IMG/VR virus record: IMGVR_UViG_3300034691_000060
Location: 1-61,643 of that record
From: a virus
DNA: 61,643 bases
Reading direction: 5' to 3' (one strand)
The notes under the pieces were generated by a model. It had not been told where the DNA came from. It ran no database searches and saw nothing but the letters and a program-made list of their open reading frames with translations. Both the position numbers and the translations under genes were made by a program. Positions 51,069 to 59,002 of this stretch are shown piece after piece; position 1 is the stretch's first letter; every line of letters begins with the position of its first letter.

Positions 51069-51328
51069 AGCCGTTCCATCGAGATCAGCCGGGCGCCGAA
51101 CACATTCATCAGCGCCTTCATGACCTCGTCTTCGTTACAGTCCGGGGCAATGACCCGCAATGCCGAGTCCGGCTTATCGGTCAACCGATACTCGTATGCG
51201 GGGCTTGGCTTAGTCGGAGCTGGCTCGTCGAAGAGCGCCGCTTCGAGTGCGTCGTCGTCGAGCCATGGCTTGTCATGCGGCACGGAAAGGCCCCATCGCC
51301 CGCCGCGGGTATGAATTTTCAAACCCAA
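51065..51328 (-). CDS. hypothetical protein (start uncertain)
   Basis: ORF overlaps the upstream gene by 56 nt if the ATG at 51328 is used. An in-frame GTG at 51283 would reduce the overlap to 11 nt. Confidence 0.45.
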   Translation of the reverse strand: MGLKIHTRGGRWGLSVPHDKPWLDDDALEAALFDEPAPTKPSPAYEYRLTDKPDSALRVIAPDCNEDEVMKALMNVFGARLISMERL

Positions 51329-51542
51329 CCTGCTCGCTCATGGCCACCCACTCGTCGCGGCTCATGCTCTTGCGGGCATCGCTGAACTTCTGCGAGAACA
51401 GCTTACCCACCGCACCGCGGAACCACGGCGTGCCGAATGGGGTCATGCGCCATTTCTCAAGCAGCTGAATGGGCGTCGCCTTCCCAAGCCACTCGATCAT
51501 CTGCTCCTCGCTCATGCCGCCTTCTGCAATTGACTTTCCCAT
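51273..51542 (-). CDS. hypothetical protein (89 aa)
   Basis: Complete ORF. Confidence 0.55.
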   Translation of the reverse strand: MGKSIAEGGMSEEQMIEWLGKATPIQLLEKWRMTPFGTPWFRGAVGKLFSQKFSDARKSMSRDEWVAMSEQVGFENSYPRRAMGPFRAA

Positions 51543-51706
51543 TGCTCGCCCTCCGACTCGTAGATTTCGATCAGCAACCGACTGCCGGCCCAGGTCGGTA
51601 TCGGTTGCGGCCCGTAGGTGCCAGGCGGCGGGAGCTTCGAGAGTAGATACTCGGCAGCCCTGTCGCTGTTGGTTCCGTTGATGTGATGAGGAATTTCGGT
51701 CTTCAT
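51512..51706 (-). CDS. hypothetical protein (64 aa)
   Basis: MKTEIPHH... 9 nt after GGGAGG of boundary-motif copy 7. Confidence 0.5.
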   Translation of the reverse strand: MKTEIPHHINGTNSDRAAEYLLSKLPPPGTYGPQPIPTWAGSRLLIEIYESEGEQWESQLQKAA

Positions 51707-51734
51707 CGGTTCCATCCTCCCTTCGGGGGGTGTG

Positions 51735-52190
51735 TCACGTAGACAGGCGCTCGGCTCCAGGCGGCTGCACATTTCCTCCGACGATGGCCCAGCACACGGT
51801 GTATTCGTCGCTTTCGTCCGGCTCCATGTCGTAGCTGCACATCAACTTAATGTGGGCGTATTCGTCGAAGCGGGAAAGGGCGTTCACGAATACCTCCCGA
51901 ATGCCTTCCGAAACAACCTCGGCCATAAACATCGCGGTGCATGCGGCATGCATTGCGTCTCTGATCGACAGCTGTCCCGCTTTGGCCCCCGCGATTTCCT
52001 GCCGGGCGAACTCGATGAAGTACATACTCGGGTCGCTGCATCCGAATTTCTTTTCCAGTATTTTGGAGAGCTTCGGATCGGCGAGATGGTCCCTGGCGCT
52101 CTTTCGCCACAACTTGATTTCTTTCTTGGCGATGCCGATTCGCTGCGGCGCCTCGCCCTTGCGGACTAACTCGAATAACAGCGTTTTCAT
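51735..52190 (-). CDS. hypothetical protein (151 aa)
   Basis: Last 151 codons of track ORF 51735..53456. ATGA overlap with the helicase stop. Confidence 0.65.
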   Translation of the reverse strand: MKTLLFELVRKGEAPQRIGIAKKEIKLWRKSARDHLADPKLSKILEKKFGCSDPSMYFIEFARQEIAGAKAGQLSIRDAMHAACTAMFMAEVVSEGIREVFVNALSRFDEYAHIKLMCSYDMEPDESDEYTVCWAIVGGNVQPPGAERLST

Positions 52191-53665
52191 TTGCCCCTCA
52201 GTGCATGTCTTGCAGCAATGTCCAGACTCGTTACGTACTTTAGCACAACCTCGTTCGGTTGCGCAGTTCCCAGGTCCGGCATGTGCGAATCCGGCTTCTT
52301 TCCGTACCGTTTCAGGTAAGCGAAATGGACCCACCCCGGCTTGTATCCGCGCTGCATGGCGACATGCCGTAGCCCCGCCAGAAACTCGGCACGCTGCGTC
52401 GGCGTCTCGGCCAGGTAGTGCTTCTCCGCCGCAGTCGGCTTGAGCAAGGTCAGCGATCCCTTCTCCACCTTCGGCTTCTTGCCGCGGATAGTGGAGTGCC
52501 CGCAGATCAGGCACACCGCATACCCCGGCGGGCGCACGGCGTGGCAGTTCGGGCAGGTCGAAGGCAGCTTCTCCTTGGCCGGCTCGCACACCGACTTGGC
52601 GAATCCGTTTTTGCTGTCGTCCAGCACTAGCGGCACAGGGTCGGTGTGGAATCCCAGGCGCTCGAAGTTGCCGGCGTGGTCCAGAATGAGCGCCCGGGTC
52701 TTGGCTGTTCCAGGCGACGGACGCAGCACCCGACCCACCATTTGGCAATGCAGCATGCGGCTCTTGGTCGGCCGGGCAATGACTAGGACCTCCGCCTCGG
52801 GCGCGTCGAACCCGGTGATCAGCGTCCCCACGGACGACAGCACCTTGACCTTGCCGGCCCGGAAGTCGGCGATGTAACGCTGCCTTATTTCGCCATCCGT
52901 ATAGGCATCGATGTGGCGCGAGTCGATGCCCGCCGCGGAGAAGGCTTCCACCAGGCTCTTCGAGTGCTCGACGCTCGACGCCATGATCAGCGTGCGGCGC
53001 CCTTTCGCCATCTTGTGCCAGTGGTGCGGGATGTCGCCGACCAGCCGCATCCTGGCCTCCGCCTGCTTCATGTTGAACTCGCCGGCCAACACCTGGACAT
53101 CGTCGAGATTCGCCTTGCTCGGGGAGTAGACATCGGCTTCCACCAGGTAGCCCTGCGCAATCAGCTCCTCGATGGAAATCGGCACGATCAGGTCGTCCCA
53201 CAGCAAGCCCAGCCCCGCCGTCCACGGGGTCGCCGACAGCCCGATCATGGGCACCGCATCCCATGCCGACATCAATTTCGACAAGGTCCGGTTGCGCACA
53301 TGGCATTCGTCGACGATGCCCAGCCCGAACTCCCACCACTTGCGCCGCGCCATGGTATGGATCGAGATGACTTGCACGGGCTTGTCGCGATCCATGCGCT
53401 CGTGCTGCCCCTGAATGACGCCGTGATCCAGCCCGGCATGGTCCAGCGCATCGCACGCCTGTTGCACCAGCTGAAGCCGGTCGACAATGAAGGCCACCCG
53501 CCGATCCTTGGCGACTGCCGACTTGATGATCTCGGTCGCGATCCGCGTCTTGCCCCCGCCCGTGGCCAGCTGTAACAGCGGGCGCTTGAACCCGCTGGCG
53601 TAGCTCTGCCGCAGCAGAAACAGCGCATAGGTTTGGTACTCTCTCAGCGCATGTGTGTCGCTCAT
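52187..53665 (-). CDS. SF2 DEAD/DEAH-box DNA helicase with a C-terminal zinc finger
   Basis: Motif I LATGGGKT, II VDECH, III SAT, VI QMVGRVLR. CPNCH...CLICGH. Confidence 0.9.
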   Translation of the reverse strand: MSDTHALREYQTYALFLLRQSYASGFKRPLLQLATGGGKTRIATEIIKSAVAKDRRVAFIVDRLQLVQQACDALDHAGLDHGVIQGQHERMDRDKPVQVISIHTMARRKWWEFGLGIVDECHVRNRTLSKLMSAWDAVPMIGLSATPWTAGLGLLWDDLIVPISIEELIAQGYLVEADVYSPSKANLDDVQVLAGEFNMKQAEARMRLVGDIPHHWHKMAKGRRTLIMASSVEHSKSLVEAFSAAGIDSRHIDAYTDGEIRQRYIADFRAGKVKVLSSVGTLITGFDAPEAEVLVIARPTKSRMLHCQMVGRVLRPSPGTAKTRALILDHAGNFERLGFHTDPVPLVLDDSKNGFAKSVCEPAKEKLPSTCPNCHAVRPPGYAVCLICGHSTIRGKKPKVEKGSLTLLKPTAAEKHYLAETPTQRAEFLAGLRHVAMQRGYKPGWVHFAYLKRYGKKPDSHMPDLGTAQPNEVVLKYVTSLDIAARHALRGK

Positions 53666-53678
53666 CGATCCGCCCTCC

Positions 53679-54032
53679 TCAATTAACCAGCAGCCATTTC
53701 GTACCCAGCGAAATGTGCCGAAATCCGACGGCGCCGTCAGCCTCCCGACGGACCGCCACCACCATCGGGCGCTTCGGGTATTCCGAGGCGTCCACTTCCA
53801 ACACCACGTACTCGACCCCCGTGCCGTCGTCCGAGTCCCGCCGCACCACGGCCCCGGGGCGCACGCCGTAGACCAGCGAGGCCCCGAACTCCCGCTCCCG
53901 TAGCAGTGCCTTCTCCGTCTCCCGGATGCGGGCCGAGATCCGTAACGCTTCCTTCTCCAGCAACAGGCGCTCGGTGGCCAGCTCCCGAATCCGCTTCTCC
54001 AACTCCTCCACGGCGAGCGCTTGGTTGTCCAT
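53679..54032 (-). CDS. hypothetical protein (117 aa)
   Basis: MDNQALAVEE.... Start shares one nt with the upstream stop. Confidence 0.6.
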   Translation of the reverse strand: MDNQALAVEELEKRIRELATERLLLEKEALRISARIRETEKALLREREFGASLVYGVRPGAVVRRDSDDGTGVEYVVLEVDASEYPKRPMVVAVRREADGAVGFRHISLGTKWLLVN

Positions 54033-54325
54033 CACAGCCCCGACAGCACGATCTCGATGGCCCGCCCCGAGCGGCGCAGGAAGGCCTCCTCGATCCGGCT
54101 GCGTAGGAGCCCCGCAGAGGCGCTGGCAGGGACGACCCTGGCCGCCCACCCTCGACGCCCCTGCTCGTCGCGCCACAGCCTCACCCAGGCGACGTGGATG
54201 CGGGACCAGTCCGCCGCCTCGGATAGCTCCGCGTCGTCCTGGATCCCGGCAGCCAGCTGCGTTATGACGTTCTCCACGTCCGCCCGGACTACGCACATCG
54301 TGTTGATGATCTCCTGCTCGGTCAT
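54032..54325 (-). CDS. hypothetical protein (97 aa)
   Basis: MTEQEIINTM.... ATGA coupling. Confidence 0.6.
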   Translation of the reverse strand: MTEQEIINTMCVVRADVENVITQLAAGIQDDAELSEAADWSRIHVAWVRLWRDEQGRRGWAARVVPASASAGLLRSRIEEAFLRRSGRAIEIVLSGL

Positions 54326-54519
54326 GCCACGACCTCCGGGCTGACCGCCGCCTCGCAGTACCCGCTGTTGAGCAACACGCAGATGACTGCCTCGACTTCC
54401 TCGTCGCTTACGTCCTCGCGGATCCGCGCCAGGTCCGTCGCCGTCTCCAGAAACGCCGGGTCTATCGTCCACCCGTTCGCCAAGTCCTTCCCAGTCGCCA
54501 TCGGAATACCTTTCGTCAT
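54322..54519 (-). CDS. hypothetical protein (65 aa)
   Basis: Leader GACACACAACTGGAGCGAAAC. Confidence 0.55.
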   Translation of the reverse strand: MTKGIPMATGKDLANGWTIDPAFLETATDLARIREDVSDEEVEAVICVLLNSGYCEAAVSPEVVA

Positions 54520-54541
54520 GTTTCGCTCCAGTTGTGTGTCG

Positions 54542-55441
54542 CTATCGCTTCGTTACAGTGCGCCACGCACTTCTTGCAGCCGCCTTCGCTTCATCCTCAG
54601 GCAACGGTGGGCTGCATGCCGCCGCCGCTTGCAGTGCCCGGTCCATCACCACCGTCGGATCGCTGGTGTCTATCGCTGCCGCTACGGATACGTTATACAC
54701 GTAGAGGTTTCTCCCGCCCTCCCCGGTCCCGCGGGCTGTCCACTTGCGCCCCTCTCCGGTCGGCTGAGCATGGGTCCGAACCGGCGCTGGGGCTTTGCGT
54801 GCCCTCTCCGCCTCCAAGCGAATCTCCCGCTCGAATGGGTGGGCGAATTGCTTGAACCGGCCGAACTCGTACGGCGCATGCTCGGCGACATCGATCAGCT
54901 GCACCATGACCGCCCCGCGCTTGCGGTGATAGAGCCCCGGCAATCGCATCACCCGCGCCGGCTCGGCCACCGTCGGGTCCCCGCCGAACATCTCAGCCAA
55001 CCCCTGCCCGCAGTCCTTGTAGGCTTTGAACTCCGGCCCGAACATCGGCGTGCCTTCCACCAAGTAAACGCACTGGTAGCGCCCGGGGCTGGACTCGATG
55101 GTCAGGTGCGGCTTGACCTTCATCGCCCTCGCCAGTCGTAACGCCTTCTCGCCGCCAGTGTCCAAGTCCAACAAATACCCGCGGGCCTCGCAAATGTTCT
55201 CGGCTTTGCGATTGGTTCCGGCCGTCTCCTGCCGGTTGATCAGCACGAACACGCCGTAGCCATGTTCGTTACGCTCGGATAGGACGGGCCAGAGATCGGC
55301 GAGGGTGCCGGAGAGAACCTGCGGGCGGAGGGTGGGGTGGTCGGTCTTGGGCTCAGCGATAAGCTGGATGCAGAGCGGTTCGTCGAGGGTGCCGGTGAGG
55401 CGGTGAACGAAGGATGACGCTTGAGCGAGGTCTGATGTCAC
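54542..55441 (-). CDS. DNA primase, AEP superfamily (RepB'-like) with a C-terminal PriCT-1-like domain
   Basis: GYGVFVLIN, YLLDLD, ESSPGRYQCVY, RLPGLYHRK. C-terminus GGRNLYVYNVS...CSPPLPEDEAKAAARSAW. Confidence 0.75.
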   Translation of the reverse strand: MTSDLAQASSFVHRLTGTLDEPLCIQLIAEPKTDHPTLRPQVLSGTLADLWPVLSERNEHGYGVFVLINRQETAGTNRKAENICEARGYLLDLDTGGEKALRLARAMKVKPHLTIESSPGRYQCVYLVEGTPMFGPEFKAYKDCGQGLAEMFGGDPTVAEPARVMRLPGLYHRKRGAVMVQLIDVAEHAPYEFGRFKQFAHPFEREIRLEAERARKAPAPVRTHAQPTGEGRKWTARGTGEGGRNLYVYNVSVAAAIDTSDPTVVMDRALQAAAACSPPLPEDEAKAAARSAWRTVTKR

Positions 55442-55478
55442 GGTAAGTGCCTGTTGTTTGTACCTAACGAAACGGACG

Positions 55479-55570
55479 GATACCCTATCCGATACCCTAT
55501 CCGATACCCCGTAGCCTCCTGCCTTAGCCTCCTGTCAGTGCCAGTGCCAGTGCCTTAGCCTCTAGCCTCC
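55479..55570. repeat. iteron cluster (candidate replication origin)
   Basis: GATACCCTATCC x2.7 (55479-55510). TAGCCTC(C) x4 (55512, 55525, 55556, 55563). CAGTGC x3 (55536-55553). Lies between the primase gene and gene 55555..56049. Confidence 0.6.
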
Positions 55571-56049
55571 TGCCTCCTGCCCAATGCCGCCTCCTCCTTC
55601 CGGGCCCTCCGCTCCGCCTTCTCCGCCTTGCTGCTCCTCCCAACCAGCCCGTGGGCCAGCCGGAAAGCCGCCACGATGGGGAGGTCGTCGGGGAATCGCT
55701 CGATGTAGTCCAGCAGGTTGATCGCCCAAAGCTCGTGACTGGCCAACGTCCCGCCCAGCTGGTCGAGCATGTTGCCGAGCCCGCGAATCCAGACGATGCG
55801 GCTTTCGTAGTCGCACCAGCCCAGCGATTGCAGGTCGGCGAGGATCTTGAGGATCTCGTCTTCGTCGAGGCCGGTGTCTTCGGCGGCAGCATGTGCGTCG
55901 AAGCGGTACAGCCCGCTGATGTGGCTGTTCGGACCCGTTACGAGATAGGCGAATACGAGAAGGTGGTGCGGGCTCATGGCCCTGAGCTGGGATGCGAAGT
56001 TGCTGATCCAGAACTTCGGCGGGAGGATTGCTGTCTTGCGTAGGTTCAT
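55555..56049 (-). CDS. hypothetical protein (164 aa; possible replication/wHTH protein)
   Basis: Complete ORF adjacent to the iterons. The functional guess is positional only. Confidence 0.65.
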   Translation of the reverse strand: MNLRKTAILPPKFWISNFASQLRAMSPHHLLVFAYLVTGPNSHISGLYRFDAHAAAEDTGLDEDEILKILADLQSLGWCDYESRIVWIRGLGNMLDQLGGTLASHELWAINLLDYIERFPDDLPIVAAFRLAHGLVGRSSKAEKAERRARKEEAALGRRQEARG

Positions 56050-56060
56050 TGGTTGCCCAT

Positions 56061-56144
56061 AAAAAAACCCTCAGGGCTGTCGAGTGGACCGGGCATCACC
56101 CCGGTCAGCGTGCCAGTACACGCCTTACCCGCCAGCCCTGAGGG
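56061..56144 (-). terminator. branched stem-loop plus U7 (complex terminator or 3' end of an ncRNA)
   Basis: Perfect 12-bp inverted repeat cagccctgaggg (56133..56144) / ccctcagggctg (56068..56079). It encloses two hairpins (GACCGGG/CCCGGTC and GCGTG/CACGC). Followed by seven U on the minus strand (56061..56067). Confidence 0.6.
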
Positions 56145-56257
56145 CGCTCTATCGCTTCACTGGTCTTGCCACGCCGCGGGTGATGAATCCGCGGATGCGA
56201 TGTGGCGACACCAAGGCTAGGTCCAACCTAGCCCGGTGTCAAGCGTCGTCATTTGTG

Positions 56258-56360
56258 CCGTGTCGGCCTGGCCCAACCACTCCCGTCCTCGCCATGCCGT
56301 GCCGCGCCACGCCGCGCCGGGCCTCGTCTGCCTTACCGTGTCCGCCCGGCCGTCCTCTCC
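56258..56360. repeat. array B: short C-rich repeat block of the same family
   Basis: tgtcggcctggcccaacc... gcctcgtctgccttaccgtgtccgcc. Shares cctggcccaacc with array C. Confidence 0.6.
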
Positions 56361-56447
56361 GGGTGAGTCTCGCCGCCGTGGCGCTCCGTGATCGTCAGCG
56401 AAACCATTTCGTCGGCTCGGGCAAAATGGTCTCGCCGCGTGTTTCCC

Positions 56448-56675
56448 TTACGCGTCCGACTCGTTCTCGGCCAGCGTGTTCTTCGCCACAGCCTCAGCCA
56501 GCTCGTCGGTCTGCGCCGACAGCCGGGCGCTCAGCTCGGCAACTGCCGCCATGTCTCCGCCTGCAATTGCTGCGTCGAGGGCTTCCTTGAGCCCGTTGAG
56601 CAGCGCGATTGCCGAGTCGCCGACGGTTTCGATTTGTGTTACACGATCAGCCAGGGAGTCGAGGGTTGCGCTCAT
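56448..56675 (-). CDS. hypothetical coiled-coil protein (75 aa)
   Basis: MSATLDSLAD... after GGAGATACGGAAG. Confidence 0.55.
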   Translation of the reverse strand: MSATLDSLADRVTQIETVGDSAIALLNGLKEALDAAIAGGDMAAVAELSARLSAQTDELAEAVAKNTLAENESDA

Positions 56676-56816
56676 CTTCCGTATCTCCGTCAGTAGGTTA
56701 TCGAGGAGGGACAGCAGGGTGCCGGCCCACGGCGGGGTCTCGGGCGGGTCGTGCCCGCCGTGCCACGTTTGGAAAATCAACACGTCCAATCTAGCAACTC
56801 GCTTGCGCGGGGGCGC

Positions 56817-56924
56817 TCACTTGCCCTTCGGCGACTTGCCTCCGCCCTTTTTCGGCTTCCCATCCGTCGCATCCTTCGCCTCTTTTTTCGAGAACGGATT
56901 CGGTTTTTTCACTGCCTTAGCCAT
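56817..56924 (-). CDS. tiny Lys-rich basic protein (35 aa; 46 aa if the ATG at 56957 is used), below the ORF-track cut-off
   Basis: Manual translation MAKAVKKPNPFSKKEAKDATDGKPKKGGGKSPKGK. AAAGG lies 10 nt upstream of the second ATG. Confidence 0.4.
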   Translation of the reverse strand: MAKAVKKPNPFSKKEAKDATDGKPKKGGGKSPKGK

Positions 56925-56957
56925 TGTCGTTACGCCTTTGTCGTTGGTGTGAGCCAT

Positions 56958-57445
56958 CCTTGGCGCCTGTGCTTTCCATTGCAACCCATCTCAGCCTAGC
57001 CGCTTCGGCCCGTCCTGGCCCAACCGCGCCTCGCCGGGCCTTGTCTGCCTGTCCCTGCCACTCCCGACCTATCCACGCCTAACCGGCCTTTCCCGGCCCC
57101 ACCGTACCCCTCCCTTCCCCGCCTTGGCTGCCTCTCCAGGCCCGTCCACGGCTCGCCTCGCCAAGCCTCGCCCCGCCGGCCTGTCCATGTCCCGCCTGAC
57201 CCAGCCTATCCTAGCCCTGTCTGCCCATCCGCTCCGCTCCCGGCCGAGCCAGTCCTGTCCTACCCTCTTCGGCCTCTCCATGCCACTCCCGTCCGCTCCG
57301 CTCCAAGCCGCGCCTTGTCGGCCTGTCCGGTCCACGCCGCGCCTGTCCCGTCCGGGCCTTGCCGCATCTGCCTTTCCATGCCTAACCGCGCCTCGCCGCG
57401 CCGCGCCTGTCCGCGCCTCGCCTCGTCTTCCGATCCGCACCGTGT
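56958..57445. repeat. array C: C-rich degenerate tandem repeats (~10 units)
   Basis: Same core family, e.g. ccttgtctgcctgtccctgcc at 57039 and ccttgtcggcctgtccggtcc at 57313. In 57001-57060: C ~48%, G ~27%, A ~5%. Begins with the 16-mer GCCATCCTTGGCGCCT (56953). Confidence 0.8.
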
Positions 57446-57469
57446 TCTATTCAACATCCCTGCATCCCG

Positions 57470-57931
57470 TTAAGCACCCAGCTCGGCAGCTGCTTGCGTT
57501 ACGGTACCAATCGCTCGATCAATCGTGAACGCCGCATCCTCCCCGAGATACCGAGCCAGCGTCCTTGCCCTGCGTAACGCATTCGAAGCTCGCATAAACT
57601 CGGCAGCAACCGCATCCCTTGCCGCATCCGCATCGGTGCGCAGCTTCGGCGTCGCGACGTACCCCTGCTCATTCGCCTCGGCGCTCGGGTCTCGCACATA
57701 GGCGGGGATAACGAACGACCTTTCTTCGACCGACACGTTCAGCTTGACGCTACGAATCAGCTGGCGCGCCTGGTACAAGCGATGCGCCCGGCCCGCCTTC
57801 TTGTCGTCCCACTCGAACTGATCGTGAATCGGACTCTTCGCCGACCTCGCCGATGCCACCACCACGTCGGCAGTAAGCCGACCGCCGCCCTCGTTTGCCA
57901 GCCGTTGCAGTTCGTCTTTGACGGCGCTCAT
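57470..57931 (-). CDS. hypothetical protein (153 aa)
   Basis: MSAVKDELQR.... ATGA coupling with the upstream gene. Confidence 0.65.
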   Translation of the reverse strand: MSAVKDELQRLANEGGGRLTADVVVASARSAKSPIHDQFEWDDKKAGRAHRLYQARQLIRSVKLNVSVEERSFVIPAYVRDPSAEANEQGYVATPKLRTDADAARDAVAAEFMRASNALRRARTLARYLGEDAAFTIDRAIGTVTQAAAELGA

Positions 57932-58731
57932 TCGGCTGCCTCTTCGGCCTTCTTGCCTTTCTTGGGCGCCGGGGTCTTGCCGCGCCGCTCGATCTCCTCG
58001 TAAAACCAAGACAGCAACCGCTCGGTCTCGATGTCGTGCGTCTCCGGGTTGGCAATCGCTTCCATCTGTGCCTCCCGAGCGCCGGCCTCAACGATCATGC
58101 GCATCTCGGGGTCATCGTTCGACACCACACGGAACCGACCGTAGTCTCCCGATCCCTTTTCGACTCGCCAATCGCCGACGCCTTGCGTGATTCCGGCCGC
58201 AGCGAATAGCTTCGCAATCGTCGTGGCATTCAGCGCCGGCTCCACAAACTCCACCGTAACGGTGGCACACCAGTCGGTGAGGATGGCCCTCGTTCGAATG
58301 TCCGGCGTTCGCTTCGCATCGGCGGACCTGACGACCGACAGGAAGACGCGGGGGATACCGAAGACCGGAACCTCAGACCCCACCACATACGCCAGCCTGC
58401 CGATCTGCGTCTTGCTGGCGCCGGGCAAATCGAGTGCCGCACCCATCGCCGCCCGCTTAAACGAAACGCCCGGCAGGTAGAGCGCCGTCGGGGCGTCCTC
58501 ATTGCGGGTCATGTAAAGCGAATTCTGAAACTCGATCAGGGGTTCGTGCTTCAGGCTCGCCGCCTTGTCCGCCGCCGTCTTCTTGCCCGGCGGGAGGATC
58601 AACACCTGCCGCGTCTTCTCGCTCATCGCATTGAAAATCAGGGGCGACTGGCCGAGAAGGTTAAGAGTTACGCGCCCTTGCTGAATGTCTAAGACATTGA
58701 TGGTCAGGGTGGGTTCTTTACGTGCAGCCAT
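57928..58731 (-). CDS. hypothetical protein (267 aa)
   Basis: Complete ORF. Leader CAACACACACATAGAGACACACACCA. Confidence 0.7.
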   Translation of the reverse strand: MAARKEPTLTINVLDIQQGRVTLNLLGQSPLIFNAMSEKTRQVLILPPGKKTAADKAASLKHEPLIEFQNSLYMTRNEDAPTALYLPGVSFKRAAMGAALDLPGASKTQIGRLAYVVGSEVPVFGIPRVFLSVVRSADAKRTPDIRTRAILTDWCATVTVEFVEPALNATTIAKLFAAAGITQGVGDWRVEKGSGDYGRFRVVSNDDPEMRMIVEAGAREAQMEAIANPETHDIETERLLSWFYEEIERRGKTPAPKKGKKAEEAAE

Positions 58732-58763
58732 TGGTGTGTGTCTCTATGTGTGTGTTGAATGAA

Positions 58764-58985
58764 TGCCATCCTTGGCGCCTCGCCCATCCATGCCTTTCCC
58801 AACCACGCCTCGCCGATCCATGTCGGCCTTGCCCATCCATCGCTATCCCGTCCTTGCCCTTCCGAGTCGGCCGCGCCTAGCCCAGCCCCGCCAATCCTCG
58901 CCAGTCCTCTCCTCATCTGCCAACCCTTGCCGTGTCCGCCAGCCAATCCCTGGCCGGCTCCACTCCATCAACCCTTCCTTCCCTT
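58764..58985. repeat. array D: C-rich degenerate tandem repeats (~5 units)
   Basis: Begins with the same 16-mer GCCATCCTTGGCGCCT (58765). Unit example ccatgtcggccttgcccatcc at 58818. Confidence 0.75.
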
Positions 58986-59002
58986 CGGGGCGTGTGTCGC
59001 GC

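Noticed and set aside
51735-53456. 573-aa minus-strand ORF spanning the helicase locus.
   Set aside because: Only its last 151 codons (51735..52190) look coding. The upstream part is an alternative frame of the helicase gene, whose own frame carries motifs I-VI.
56207-56240. tRNA-like T-arm (GGCTAGG-TCCAA-CCTAGCC).
   Set aside because: The loop is 5 nt instead of 7. The flanking GACACC/GGTGTC simply extends one hairpin. No acceptor, D or anticodon arms can be drawn.
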